Shown: piece after piece, positions 1-13,883 of the stretch | How the letters are laid out: the number at the start of each line of letters is the position of its first letter | Numbering within the stretch: the first letter of the stretch is position 1 | DNA from: Nemertoderma westbladi | Lineage: Eukaryota > Animalia > Xenacoelomorpha | Length of the DNA: 64,000 bases | Assembly (NCBI GenBank): GCA_032718475.1 | Contig: JAUCBJ010006989.1 | Location: 21,546-85,545, forward strand | Direction of reading: 5' to 3' | The notes under the pieces: model-generated | Database searches by the model: none | The model's input: only the letters and a program-made list of their open reading frames with translations | What the model was told of the DNA's origin: nothing | Program-made: the position numbers and the translations under genes

Positions 1-424
1 AAAAAAAAATGATTTAATGGATTATGGAAGGCATTCACCGTATTGAATTGTTCAGTTTCATTACCGTTCAACGATCCTCCCAAACCCGTGTTTGACAATG
101 ATATCTTTCCATAAATGATAATTATTATTTATTATTGATATTGTTTGGTGAGAATGAGTGGTTGAAGAGAGGCTAATTACAATATATAAGTGAGTAAATT
201 GATTGGCAGCTGTTGATGGTATTGGCAGATGGGAGGCCATTGCGGAGATAAAAGGTATCAAGTCTAAAATCAATAGTATCAACAATGATTTTATTTAATT
301 AAAATTAATTTTTGCAAACAATAAATTTAAATTAAATTTAAATTAAAATAATATATTGAGAAAAACCTTATTATTAAAAAATTGTATAAATATAAAAATG
401 GTGGTTAAATTTCAGCAACGGGAG

Positions 425-649
425 TTAGACGTGCATCTCACAGTTTGAGTTGGCTAATATTAGGGAGGTGTCGGCAACTTGATGTACTGGCCGGTTGCGT
501 GCCGAGCGCGACCCACAGAGACACATGAGGCTGGCTCGAAGGAGTGCAAAACACACTTGTCGCCTTACCCAGTTGACGCATTCCGAGTAACGGACATGTG
601 GCCAGCTTTGAGAAAAGGTGTTTGATGAACTGAGTAGTAGTCTAGACAA
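425..649 (-). mobile_element. 3' fragment of a CRE-clade non-LTR retrotransposon ORF
   Basis: The translation YSECVNWVRRQVCFALLRASLMCLCGSRS resembles the C-terminus of CRE-type elements (YS..(M/V)NW.R.R.SFALLR....CLRGSR). A related peptide occurs at 53198-53389. Confidence 0.5.
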
Positions 650-685
650 GGTATCAAGTAGTATTTCGATGTCTAGCTTTTACCT

Positions 686-790
686 GAGCCGCTAGCGGAA
701 TGGCTAGAGCTAGAGACTTCCAACCCGGAGGTCACCAGTTCGATCCCAGATGGACGTCATTGCCGACTTTAAAAGTTCTGCCCAACAAAA
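686..790 (+). mobile_element. tRNA-derived SINE head (degenerate)
   Basis: A-box-like TAGCGGAATGG and B-box-like AGTTCGATCC at tRNA-like spacing, without a clean cloverleaf. Confidence 0.4.
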
Positions 791-932
791 GTTATGAATG
801 ATAATGGGAGTTATGGGACTATACGAAAGATGATTAATAATAATTTTATATCAAATGTAAATATAAAGATTGCAAAGTTGTATAATATTTCAAATCTACG
901 GTATTTACATATCATGGCATATACCTGAGAAA

Positions 933-3900
933 TCAAAGTAGAACATTTGAAGCAATTTTATCAAGAATTTTAAGAGCCTCAAAACGAAATTCGCTTATAT
1001 ATTTTTCTAATTTGGCCAATCGAGCAGCCCTTTCGTTTTCTCTTGTATGCTCGACATGCTTCTCACCGAGTAACTTTCTATTAATCACGGACCCAAATAC
1101 AATTGGTATGTTGCTAATCTTCACTGCCAACTCCTTTATCTCTAATTCGATTTTTCCAATTCTTGCAGATAATATATCCGAGAAAGCTAATACGTTCCCT
1201 CCACATTCTATCACTTGTTCCTCTAAATGATAAAGCTGCTTGTTTACAGACCTCTTAAGATTCTCAACCGCTTTTTTTGCGTCATTCAGTTCTCGTATTG
1301 CTTTAGCCTGTTCGGATGCCAATGTTAACAATGCGATTTTCGATTGGTAACTTCCATTATTGATTGCTTTTACGGCAACCTGGAGTTTACCTAAAATACG
1401 TTCCTCAAGAACATCGGGCGTATTTTCTAATTCGCAAAGCTTTTTTTCACCCAGTTCCATGCGAGTCAGTGTAATTTCTTGAGGTTCTGAAAATTTCCTA
1501 AATTGGTAGTCAATGCTTCGCTTTAATCCCTCTAACATGTTATACATGTTGTACCTGATCTCTGATAGATTTATTATCACATTTTTCAACTTTATATCTA
1601 TGTCTTGCAAACGTTTCTCTAAAGATTTATTATTTGCATTATCTCTCTTATAAATGAAATTATTAGCTGGTCTTTCCTCCCAGGAGCTTAGGTTATGTAA
1701 TATTTCAGCTGTATAATTAATACGGATGCGACGTTTGCTGTGGATTCCAACAAATCGAAGGATCAGAGAGATTAAGATGAAAGGGGGAGGAAGTACTGGT
1801 TTCGAATAATATTCCTCAATCAATGTGTACCTCTGAAAGAGCCAATACTCGTCTGTTTTTTCTTGAACTGTTTCGAAGGTGGAGCTAAACATGGCAATAA
1901 GGAGATTCAAAAGTAGGATATAGCAAAGTATAAGATAAAATGAGAGAAATAGGATGGTCCACGAGGATTGTTGAGCGCATGGTGAATCAAAGGAGCTTGT
2001 TTGACAATCATCCATGTTGTACTCGTCGAGAAATAATTCACCATAAATATGAAAGTATGAATGATAGAATATGTTTTTAAATATTGTTATTGCATCCCTT
2101 TTGTCGGATGGGTACATTAAGCCCTGGGTCACGACGCCATAAGCAATTGAATACACCGCTAATACAATTACAAAAAACATTAAATCAACCACCATTTTTT
2201 TCATGATGACCAGCTTTGGACCAAGAGTACGACTGAGTGATGCAGCATGTAGTAAACGAGTGAATAAAAACCAAAGTGAAAAACAGTACATTATTTTCAC
2301 TGCTGTTGTGTGATCACCTACAAATCTCAAAATCATACCAATTGTAAAGAAGGCGATTCCTAGGAAGTCAAGTTTATTCCAAATATCTCTACTCCAAGAC
2401 AAAACTTTATTCTTCCAAGATGGGATGTCGCGGTCATATATTTGACGAAATTCCTCAATAAATATTATAAATGTCCATACCATGAGAAATATTTCCCAAC
2501 TGCTTGGCTTATTAGCAGGATTTGCATGAGGGTAATTTATTGATGATTTGTTGGTATTAAATGTTTCATTAGAATCATCAAGGTCGTAAACATGCATTCT
2601 TACGATATAACTAAAAAGAAACAAATATAGAACAAAAAAGATAACATTGAACCAAAATACAACTATCGGAGCCCTACCAAACTGATATAATTTCTCTCCA
2701 TAGCTGAGTTGGCGAACATTAAACTCATCCAGAGATGAAAGTTGTCGAATATTTTCAACTGGTTTGCGCAGTTTAAAGTGGGGGCGACTTTGATCCAGAA
2801 TTCTGCTGATACAACCTCTCTTAATTATGCTGAGCTCTTCCACATCCCCATGGTATTCAACAAAATAAGGTGCTAAAAAAGGGGTGCACATTAACCCAGC
2901 TATTATAAACTGTGAGGTATCTTGGGACATCTCACCAAACCATAAACTTGTTAATAGCGCTTGGCAAGCTGATTGTGACATAAATTTCCGGCAGTTGCCT
3001 GTTTGCGCCAATTCTAATATAGTTGTTTTCCCGAAAAGTGGAAGCTCAGCACAAAGAATGCACATGGTTTTCAAGCAGTTATTTTTATAACATTCATCTA
3101 AAACACCAATAGCTCTCTCCTCAAAAGTTGTGGCTAACGCTTTGTATTGGCTGATTTGTTTGAAGTCACGATTGTAATGAGATGTTGATAACGACTTAGC
3201 TATTTTACATGCCAAAAGTGCAGAGGCGCAAGAGAAATTTGCTTCACACCAGAAGTACTGTGACATTTCAGTTCGGCATAACAACAACGAATATATCAAC
3301 AACTCTCTTGCCGGTTCCTCAAACACATTTTCCAAGTATTCGACTTCATCTTTAGAGATACCACCATTGGCATCCTGTTTGTCTATTCCAGATTCAAGGG
3401 CATGTGATATTGGTTTGTTTATTTTCTTAGTTTCAGATATGTAAATTAGCGGCTCAGATATATTACTTGGTGAATCCAATTGAATTTTCGATTTACCCTT
3501 GTCTTTGTTGTATTTTGAATCTCTCTTATAAATAGAATTGTAATATATCGAATGACCAATTAGATATTCAATCACATCACCAACATTATACAAAGTGAAC
3601 CTGTCGCCATTTGTTATATAATTATTTAATATCTTTTCAAGAATACAATTGCGTGGCAAGTTATTATACAAATCTGTCAATCTCGATACAGTTAGAAATT
3701 TCAATAAATTGACCCCATTATCGGAAAATAAGTGAACAAAATCCATTTGATCATTTACTAAGGCAGCATAAAGGTGTTGATGGAGATTCACGTGATTCGA
3801 TCTTATTCCTCCGTCAAAGATATATGATTTTGCAATGTCAGCACGGTTCCATTCCATGCATAACTGTATTTGTTCAGATACTCCATACATATTCATAATC

Positions 3901-5392
3901 GCTTTTAATATTCCAGCTTCTACATCTGTTGTTAACTTGTGTATTATAGTAATACGCTTATAATACTTCATACATTCTAATAACATTGCAACAGTTTGTT
4001 CTAAATCGCCCCTTCCCCATAGTTCCTCTATTTGTTTTTCGATTTCACTCCCAATTCCTGAATCGTTCAAATTAGACTGATTTGTAAATATTTCGTGTTT
4101 TCTCTCATACATCCAAGATATTAATCCAGCCAATCCGCCGGAATCACCCATAACAATAATTGATATTTTACGTGCCAAAGATCGTTTCACATCTAAGAGT
4201 GTGGTTTTATTGTCTCCCTCCAACAAAATGGATATCTGAGGTAATCGACTTTTATTATTATCCTGGCCTAAACTCGCTTGGTTTATAATCTCCGTCGAGA
4301 AATCAGCCCAAATCTCCAACTGTGATCCAACTTTTCCTGTTGTACCATCGTCTATAAGTAAGAAGTGTGTGTGGTTGGGGTCTAATGCTACGCATTCGTC
4401 TTCCGAGTCACCATGGTCACCATCCGATTGGTACTGAATAACTGTCGGATTAGATTGCGGGGATTGGATATCTTGTTTCGCTGTATTGCATGTTAATCTT
4501 TCCCTCTTCGCAACTGCTCCCCAAGTTGTTATTCCAATTAGCAAAACATCGGAAGATTCCTTGGTATTTTGCGACACAACATCCCCAACCATTTTTGCAA
4601 TACCAGTATTCAACCCGTGGTCCATTATCCAAACACCCTCTATTTGTGTCAGTTTAATTAGCATGTTTTGAAACGTTCGCCGTAAATTAGCCCTCTGGAC
4701 ACAAGGTTTTACAATATTTCCAAATACAGAGATAATTAGAGATGGCCGGTCCAGCTTCCAACAGTTTCTAAACAGTGCCAGCAGATCTTTAACATCAGTA
4801 TCTACACTACATCTCAAGTACCTCGCTGTTTTTTTATCGCCTTTCAGTTGCATCTCACCAAATGCGTCTGTTGGGGCTGTCGTTGTACATGTACTAGATT
4901 CCCATTGAATTGAATCACCCATCTCACACTGATCAGAATGTTTAGATTTCTTCTTTCCACAGCAACATATTAAATTTCCTTCAATTTCATATTCTTCACT
5001 TAGATTTTCCTGAAATGATAAGATTACACATATTGTATTATAAATATTTTTGAGATTTGGATATTTATGTCGCCGTTATTGCATCGTAGAATGAAAGGGA
5101 ATTACACCACAATAGTTTTGTTGCTTCACAGTTCATCTAATTATTTTCTATATGTTGTGTAACTAATGTTGCGTGTTTGAAAGCTACATTATCTTAAAAA
5201 CGTAACTAGACATTCTTACGTAAGTTAAGCTGTTACCTGCACGAAGGTATTGCATTCCAGTTTATTAAATGTTTCAGGAATCCAAATATATTCTACATAA
5301 GATCCTTCGTCTCTAGTGGTATCCCATCTTTCTATAATACCCGTCCTCCTAGGGCGGCTATCATTTCTATAGTCACATCTATTGAAATCCAT
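933..5392 (-). CDS. TRPM: TRPM-family transient receptor potential cation channel; exons 5392-5237 and 5009-933
   Basis: The 1329-aa ORF has TRPM homology regions (PTDAFGEM, WKLDRPSLIISV, LDPNHTHFLLIDDGT, WNRADIAK), six TM segments, LLLNLLIAMF and the TRP box WLFQRY. An upstream exon found by eye, MDFNR...WIPETFNKLECNTFVQ, ends in a GT donor at 5236 (phase 0) and joins tttcAG|ENLSEE...CCCG..KH at 5009, restoring the usual TRPM N-terminus. The exact start codon is uncertain. Confidence 0.93.
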
Positions 5393-6647
5393 GCTAAAGA
5401 TGAAACTGGAAAAGTTTTTTTGGATGAAAGATTATTCAAGTTACAATTCAAACCTGAAAGATGTCCATTTTTATACTATGTTTAATATGAAATTAAATAT
5501 TAATTTCCAATATTTTTATTGATAAATAGGTGTACCTCTTCCAAAATAATTATTGTTATCCGAAGATAGCTGGCGTCTTAATTATAATTTCTGTATGTTT
5601 TTCACCTTTAGGTGGGATTATATTGATGGTAATTTATAATTTATTTAAGTGGAATTTTTTTAGAAAGTCTCAATTAATAAATATAATAATTTCTGCCCCG
5701 AGCCGCTCCGCACACAAGGTGGTGTTGAAATATATATTATATTTATGAAATGTACTTTAGTTTTTGCTAAAAAATTAATTGAATCGTACTCCCCTCCCTA
5801 CCCCTCAAATCTAACTTGATTAAATGAAGGTAATATATAACCGGCTTATATTAAATTATTATTTAAAAATCTTTTCAAATAAATAATGAAATTTCCATTT
5901 AAACTTGAGAATTTCTTACTTGGAACCAATTTATACCACAGCTTTTTACCTTCGCCTACGGCACAGATAATAAATTGTTTACAAATGTTATGTTAATGTT
6001 ATGCTACAGTACGTTGTTACATTCCATACAATGACGACTACGACTACAGATTATTGCTATATTTATACTTCATACCAATCGACCTTTGACTTGGCACTTG
6101 TCATCCATGGCCGGATTTGTGAATCATTGTTATGTAACAAAGAATATGTAAGGACGTTTTGTAGGTCTATACAGTACACTATACTCATTTAGAAAGCAAC
6201 TCATAGAACACTAGATTGTCCATTGTGATCCATGTTCAATGATATACACCTGTGACTTCTTAACTTCTAAATGACTTGTCACTAGGATTCTACTCTACAG
6301 TATATTGAAAGTTTAATGTAATGCAGCCGAGTGTGTATGTAATTATATTATTTGGCACAAAGGATCACATGTATTATTACTTATCAAAATCACTTTGATG
6401 TAACCGCTTTACTTGTATCCATTGCTACATAAATCATTGTTTCTTAATTAATATTATATTCCATCTTCAAGACTATTCGGTCCATATTTGTCAGCACGAT
6501 TCCATCCCACGAATATATGAATTATTGCTCAGATTTCTGATATCCAAACATATGCAAAATCGCTTTTAATATTTGTTTTATATCATAATAACCAAGACAG
6601 TAATATCTTTACGCCATGGATGCACTAGTGACGTTACGTTTAAAGGG

Positions 6648-9600
6648 AGCAGCTCACATCCTGATTATCTCTAGATCTGCCTCAACCCTCGACTCAGTTC
6701 CACTCGGGGTAGCCCACACCCTGATTATCTCTAGATTTGCCTCAACCCTCGCCTGAGTTCCACTCAGGGTAGCTCACATCCTGATTCTCTCTAGATCTTC
6801 CTCAACCCTCGTCTGAGTTCCACTCGGGGTAGCCCACACCCTGATTATCTCTAGATCTGCCTCAACCCTCGACTCAGTTCCACTCGGGGTAGCCCACACC
6901 CTGATTATCTCTAGATCTGCCTCAACCCTCGCCTGAGTTCCACTCAGGGTAGCTCACATCCTGATTCTCTCTAGATCTGCCTCAACCCTCGCATGAGTTC
7001 CACTCGGGGTAGCCCACACCCTGATTATCTCTAGATCTTCCTCAAACCTCGTCTGAGTTCCACTCGGGGTAGCCCACACCCTGATTATCTCTAGATCTTG
7101 CTCAACCCTCGTCTGAGTTCCACTCGGGGTAGCCCACACCCTGATTATCTCTAGATCTTGCTCAACCCTCGTCTGAGTTCCACTTGGGGTAGCCCACATC
7201 CTGATTATCTCTAGATCTTCCTCAACCCTCACCTCAGTTCCACTTGGGGTAGCCCACACCCTGATTATCTCTGATCTGCCTCAACCCTCGCCTGAGTTCC
7301 ACTCGGGGTAGCCCACACCCTGATTATCTCTAGATCTGCCTCAAACCTCGCCTCAGTTCCACTCGGGGTAGCCCACACTCTGATTATTTCTAGATCTGCC
7401 TCAACCCTCGCCTGAGTTCCACTCGGGGTAGCCCACACCATGATTATTTCTAGATCTGCCTCAACCCTCGCCTTAGTTCCACTCGGGGTAGCCCACACCA
7501 TGATTATTTCTAGATCTGCCTCAAACCTCGCCTCAGTTCCACTCGGGGTAGCCCACACCCTGATTATTTCTAGATCTGCCTCAACCCTCGCCTGAGTTCC
7601 ACTCGGGGTAGCCCACACCATGATTATTTCTAGATCTGCCTCAACCCTCGCCTTAGTTCCACTCGGGGTAGCCCATACCATGATTATTTCTAGATCTGCC
7701 TCAACCCTCGCCTGAGTTCCACTCGGGGTAGCCCACACCCTGATTATCTCTAGATCTGCCTCAACCCTCGCCTCAGTTCTACTCGGGGTAGCCCACACCC
7801 TGATTATTTTCTAGATCTGCCTCAACCCTCGCCTGAGTTCCACTCGGGGTAGCCCACACCCTGATTATCTCTAGATCTGCCTCAACCCTCGCCTCAGTTC
7901 CACTTGGGGTAGCCCACACCCTGATTATCTCTGATCTGCCTCAACCCTCGCCTGAGTTCCACTCGGGGTAGCCCACACCCTTATTACTCTAGATATGCCT
8001 CAAACCTCACCTGAGTTCCATTCGGGGTAGCCCACACCATGATTATCTCTAGATCTGCCTCAAACCTCGTCTGAGTTCCACTCGGGGTAGCCCACACCAT
8101 GATTATTTCTAGATCTGCCTCAACCCTCGCATGAGTTCCACTCGGGGTAGCCCACACCCTGATTATCTCTAGATCTGCCTCAACCCTCGCATGAGTTCCA
8201 GTCGGGGTAGCCCACACCCTGATTATCTCTAGATCTGCCTCAACCCTCGCATGAGTTCCAGTCGGGGTAGCCCACACCCTGATTATCTCTAGATCTGCCT
8301 CAACCCTCGCATGAGTTCCAGTCGGGGTAGCCCACACCATGATTATCTCTAGATCTGCCTCAAACCTCGTCTGAGTTCCACTCGGGGTAGCCCACACCAT
8401 GATTATTTCTAGATCTGCCTCAACCCTCGCATGAGTTCCAGTCGGGGTAGCCCACACCCTGATTATCTCTAGATCTGCCTCAACCCTCGCATGAGTTCCA
8501 CTCGGGGTAGCCCACGCCCTTATTACTCTAGATATGCCTCAAACCTCACCTGAGTTCCATTCGGGGTAGCCCACACCATGATTATCTCTAGATCTGCCTC
8601 AAACCTCGTCTGAGTTCCACTCGGGGTAGCCCACACCCTGATTATCTCTAGATCTCCTTCAACCCTCGTCTGAGTTCCACTCGGGGGTAGCCCACACCCT
8701 GATTATCTCTAGATCTTCCTCAACCCTCGCCTCAGTTCCACTTGGGGTAGCCCACACCCTGATTATCTCTAGATCTGCCTCAACCCTCGCCTGAGTTCCA
8801 CTCGGGGTAGCCCACATCCTGATTATCTCTAGATCTTCCTCAACCCTCGTCTGAGTTCCACTCGGGGGTAGCCCACACCCTGATTATCTCTAGATCTTCC
8901 TCAACCCTCGCCTCAGTTCCACTTGGGGTAGCCCACACCCTGATTATCTCTAGATCTGCCTCAAACCTCGCCTCAGTTCCACTCGGGGTAGCCCACACCC
9001 TGATTATCTCTAGATCTGCCTCAACCCTCGCCTTAGTTCCACTCGGGGTAGCCCACACCATGACTATCTCTAGATCTGCCTCAACCCTCGCCTGAGTTCC
9101 ACTCGGGGTAGCCCACACCATGATTATTTCTAGATCTGCCTCAACCCTCGCATGAGTTCCAGTCGGGGTAGCCCACACCCTGATTATCTCTAGATCTGCC
9201 TCAACCCTCGCCTCAGTTCCACTCGGGGTAGCCCACACCCTGATTATCTCTAGATCTTCCTCAACCCTCGTCTGAGTTCCACTCGGGGTAGCCCACACCC
9301 TGATTATCTCTAGATCTGCCTCAACCCTCGCCTGAGTTCCACTCGGGGTAGCCCACACCCTGATTATCTCTAGATCTTCCTCAACCCTCGTCTGAGTTCC
9401 ACTCGGGGTAGCCCACACCTTGATTATCTCTAGATCTGCCTCAACCCTCGCCTGAGTTCCACTCGGGGTTGCCCACACCCTGATTATCTCTAGATTTGCC
9501 TCAACCCTCGCCTGAGTTCCACTCAGGGTAGCTCACATCCTGATTCTCTCTAGATCTTCCTCAACCCTCGTCTGAGTTCCACTCGGGGTAGCCCACACCC

Positions 9601-12600
9601 TGATTATCTCTAGATCTGCCTCAACCCTCGACTCAGTTCCACTCGGGGTAGCCCACACCCTGATTATCTCTAGATCTGCCTCAACCCTCGCCTGAGTTCC
9701 ACTCAGGGTAGCTCACATCCTGATTCTCTCTAGATCTGCCTCAACCCTCGCATGAGTTCCACTCGGGGTAGCCCACACCCTGATTATCTCTAGATCTTCC
9801 TCAAACCTCGTCTGAGTTCCACTCGGTGTAGCCCACACCCTGATTATCTCTAGATCTGCCTCAACCCTCGTCTGAGTTCCACTCAGGGTAGCCCACACCC
9901 TGATTATCTCTAGATCTGCCTCAACCCTCGCCTCAGTTCCACTCGGGGGTAGCCCACACCCTGATTATCTCTAGATCTTCCTCAACCCTCACCTGAGTTC
10001 CATTCGGGGTAGCCCACACCATGATTATCTCTAGATCTGCCTCAAACCTCGCCTCAGTTCCACTCGGGGTAGCCCGCACCCTGATTATTTCTAGATCTGC
10101 CTCAACCCTCGCCTGAGTTCCACTCGGGGTAGCCCACACCATGATTATTTCTAGATCTGCCTCAACCCTCGCCTTAGTTCCACTCGGGGTAGCCCATACC
10201 ATGATTATTTCTAGATCTGCCTCAACCCTCGCCTGAGTTCCACTCGGGGTGCCCACATCCTGATTATCTCTAGATCTGCCTCAACCCTCGCCTGAGTTCC
10301 ACTCGGGGTAGCCCATACCATGATTATTTCTAGATCTGCCTCAACCCTCGCCTCAGTTCCACTTGGGGTAGCCCACACCCTGATTATCTCTAGATCTTGC
10401 TCAACCCTCGTCTGAGTTCCACTCGGGGTAGCCCACACCCTGATTATCTCTAGATCTGCCTCAACCCTCGCCTGAGTTCCACTCGGGGTAGCCCACACCC
10501 TGATTATCTCTAGATCTTCCTCAACCCTCGTCTGAGTTCCACTCGGGGTAGCCCACACCCTGATTATCTCTAGATCTTCCTCAACCCTCGTCTGAGTTCC
10601 ACTCGGGGTAGCCCACACCCTGATTATCTCTAGATCTTGCTCAACCCTCGTCTGAGTTCCACTTGGGGTAGCCCACATCCTGATTATCTCTAGATCTTCC
10701 TCAACCCTCACCTCAGTTCCACTTGGGGTAGCCCACACCCTGATTATCTCTGATCTGCCTCAACCCTCGCCTGAGTTCCACTCGGGGTAGCCCACACCCT
10801 GATTATCTCTAGATCTGCCTCAAACCTCGCCTCAGTTCCACTCGGGGTAGCCCACACCCTGATTATTTCTAGATCTGCCTCAACCCTCGCCTGAGTTCCA
10901 CTCGGGGTAGCCCACACCATGATTATTTCTAGATCTGCCTCAACCCTCGCCTTAGTTCCACTCGGGGTAGCCCACACCATGATTATTTCTAGATCTGCCT
11001 CAAACCTCGCCTCAGTTCCACTCGGGGTAGCCCACACCCTGATTATTTCTAGATCTGCCTCAACCCTCGCCTGAGTTCCACTCGGGGTAGCCCACACCAT
11101 GATTATTTCTAGATCTGCCTCAACCCTCGCCTTAGTTCCACTCGGGGTAGCCCATACCATGATTATTTCTAGATCTGCCTCAACCCTCGCCTGAGTTCCA
11201 CTCGGGGTAGCCCACACCCTGATTATCTCTAGATCTGCCTCAACCCTCGCCTCAGTTCTACTCGGGGTAGCCCACACCCTGATTATTTTCTAGATCTGCC
11301 TCAACCCTCGCCTGAGTTCCACTCGGGGTAGCCCACACCCTGATTATCTCTAGATCTGCCTCAACCCTCGCCTCAGTTCCACTTGGGGTAGCCCACACCC
11401 TGATTATCTCTGATCTGCCTCAACCCTCGCCTGAGTTCCACTCGGGGTAGCCCACACCCTTATTACTCTAGATATGCCTCAAACCTCACCTGAGTTCCAT
11501 TCGGGGTAGCCCACACCATGATTATCTCTAGATCTGCCTCAAACCTCGTCTGAGTTCCACTCGGGGTAGCCCACACCATGATTATTTCTAGATCTGCCTC
11601 AACCCTCGCATGAGTTCCACTCGGGGTAGCCCACACCCTGATTATCTCTAGATCTGCCTCAACCCTCGCATGAGTTCCAGTCGGGGTAGCCCACACCCTG
11701 ATTATCTCTAGATCTGCCTCAACCCTCGCATGAGTTCCAGTCGGGGTAGCCCACACCCTGATTATCTCTAGATCTGCCTCAACCCTCGCATGAGTTCCAG
11801 TCGGGGTAGCCCACACCATGATTATCTCTAGATCTGCCTCAAACCTCGTCTGAGTTCCACTCGGGGTAGCCCACACCATGATTATTTCTAGATCTGCCTC
11901 AACCCTCGCATGAGTTCCAGTCGGGGTAGCCCACACCCTGATTATCTCTAGATCTGCCTCAACCCTCGCATGAGTTCCACTCGGGGTAGCCCACACCCTT
12001 ATTACTCTAGATATGCCTCAAACCTCACCTGAGTTCCATTCGGGGTAGCCCACACCATGATTATCTCTAGATCTGCCTCAAACCTCGTCTGAGTTCCACT
12101 CGGGGTAGCCCACACCCTGATTATCTCTAGATCTCCTTCAACCCTCGTCTGAGTTCCACTCGGGGGTAGCCCACACCCTGATTATCTCTAGATCTTCCTC
12201 AACCCTCGCCTCAGTTCCACTTGGGGTAGCCCACACCCTGATTATCTCTAGATCTGCCTCAACCCTCGCCTGAGTTCCACTCGGGGTAGCCCACATCCTG
12301 ATTATCTCTAGATCTTCCTCAACCCTCGTCTGAGTTCCACTCGGGGGTAGCCCACACCCTGATTATCTCTAGATCTTCCTCAACCCTCGCCTCAGTTCCA
12401 CTTGGGGTAGCCCACACCCTGATTATCTCTAGATCTGCCTCAACCCTCGCCTGAGTTCCACTCGGGGTAGCCCACACCCTGATTATCTCTAGATCTGCCT
12501 CAAACCTCGCCTCAGTTCCACTCGGGGTAGCCCACACCCTGATTATCTCTAGATCTGCCTCAACCCTCGCCTTAGTTCCACTCGGGGTAGCCCACACCAT

Positions 12601-13675
12601 GACTATCTCTAGATCTGCCTCAACCCTCGCCTGAGTTCCACTCGGGGTAGCCCACACCATGATTATTTCTAGATCTGCCTCAACCCTCGCATGAGTTCCA
12701 GTCGGGGTAGCCCACACCCTGATTATCTCTAGATCTGCCTCAACCCTCGCCTCAGTTCCACTCGGGGTAGCCCACACCCTGATTATCTCTAGATCTTCCT
12801 CAACCCTCGTCTGAGTTCCACTCGGGGTAGCCCACACCCTGATTATCTCTAGATCTGCCTCAACCCTCGCCTGAGTTCCACTCGGGGTAGCCCACACCCT
12901 GATTATCTCTAGATCTTCCTCAACCCTCGTCTGAGTTCCACTCGGGGTAGCCCACACCTTGATTATCTCTAGATCTGCCTCAACCCTCGCCTGAGTTCCA
13001 CTCGGGGTTGCCCACACCCTGATTATCTCTAGATCTGCATCAACCCTCGCATGAGTTCCACTCGGGGTAGCCCACACCCGGATTATCTCTAGATCTTCCT
13101 CAACCCTCGTCTGAGTTCCACTCGGGGTAGCCCACACCCTGATAATCTCTAGATCTGCCTCAACCCTCGTCTGAGTTCCACTCAGGGTAGCCCACATCCT
13201 GATTATCTCTAGATCTGCCTCAACCCTCGCGTCATTTCTACTCGGGGGTAGCCCATACCCTGATTATATCTAAATCTGTCTCAACCCTCGCCTGGGTTCC
13301 ACTCGGGGTAGCCCACATCCTGATTATCTCTAGATCTGCCTCAACCTTCGTCTGAGTTCCACTTGGGGTAACCCACACCCTGATTATCTCTAGATCTGCC
13401 TCAACCCTCGCCTCAGTTCTACTCGGGGTAGCCCACACCATGATTATTTCTAGATCTGCCTCAACCCTCGCCTGGGTTCCACTCGGGGTAGCCCACACCC
13501 GGATTATTTCTAGATCTGCCTCAACCCTCGCCAGAGTTCCACTCGGGGGTAGCCCACACCCTGATTATCTTTAGATCTGCCTCAACCCTCGTCTGAGTTC
13601 CACTCGAGGTAGCCCACATCCTGATTCTCTCTAGATCTGCCTCAACCCTCGCCTGAGTTCCACCGGGGGTAGGGC
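6648..13675. repeat. 60-bp tandem repeat array (~117 units) with ~3.48-kb higher-order duplication
   Basis: Unit ctgattatctctagatctgcctcaaccctcgcctgagttccactcggggtagcccacacc. Runs of variants and indels recur at a 3479-bp offset (ORFs 7265/10744, 7984/11463, 8840/12319). Confidence 0.98.
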
Positions 13676-13883
13676 CATCCAGGGTCACAATCAAAACAAA
13701 CAACAAACAAAAACAAATATAATAAACATGCTCAACATACAGGTATGTATCGCACCCTAACCCTAAACCTAACCGCCATACAATCAATGATACAGGTGAT
13801 AAACTGCACGATAGCTAAGCCTATATATATTCTATAAGAAAACATATGACGTTGTTTTCGCCGCAAAATGGGTAGAACTGGTG

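Noticed and set aside
61-285. Possible exon of a neighbouring gene
   Set aside because: It ends at a possible GT donor, but has no recognisable homology and sits at the window edge, so support is insufficient.
6954-13498. Individual 'MWATPSG...' ORFs as separate genes
   Set aside because: They are pieces of the one open frame of the tandem unit, delimited by indels.
6648-13675. CRISPR array
   Set aside because: Units are contiguous with no unique spacers, there are no cas genes, and the context is eukaryotic.
13755-13775. Telomeric repeat (CCCTAA)
   Set aside because: Only two or three degenerate units; too short to call.
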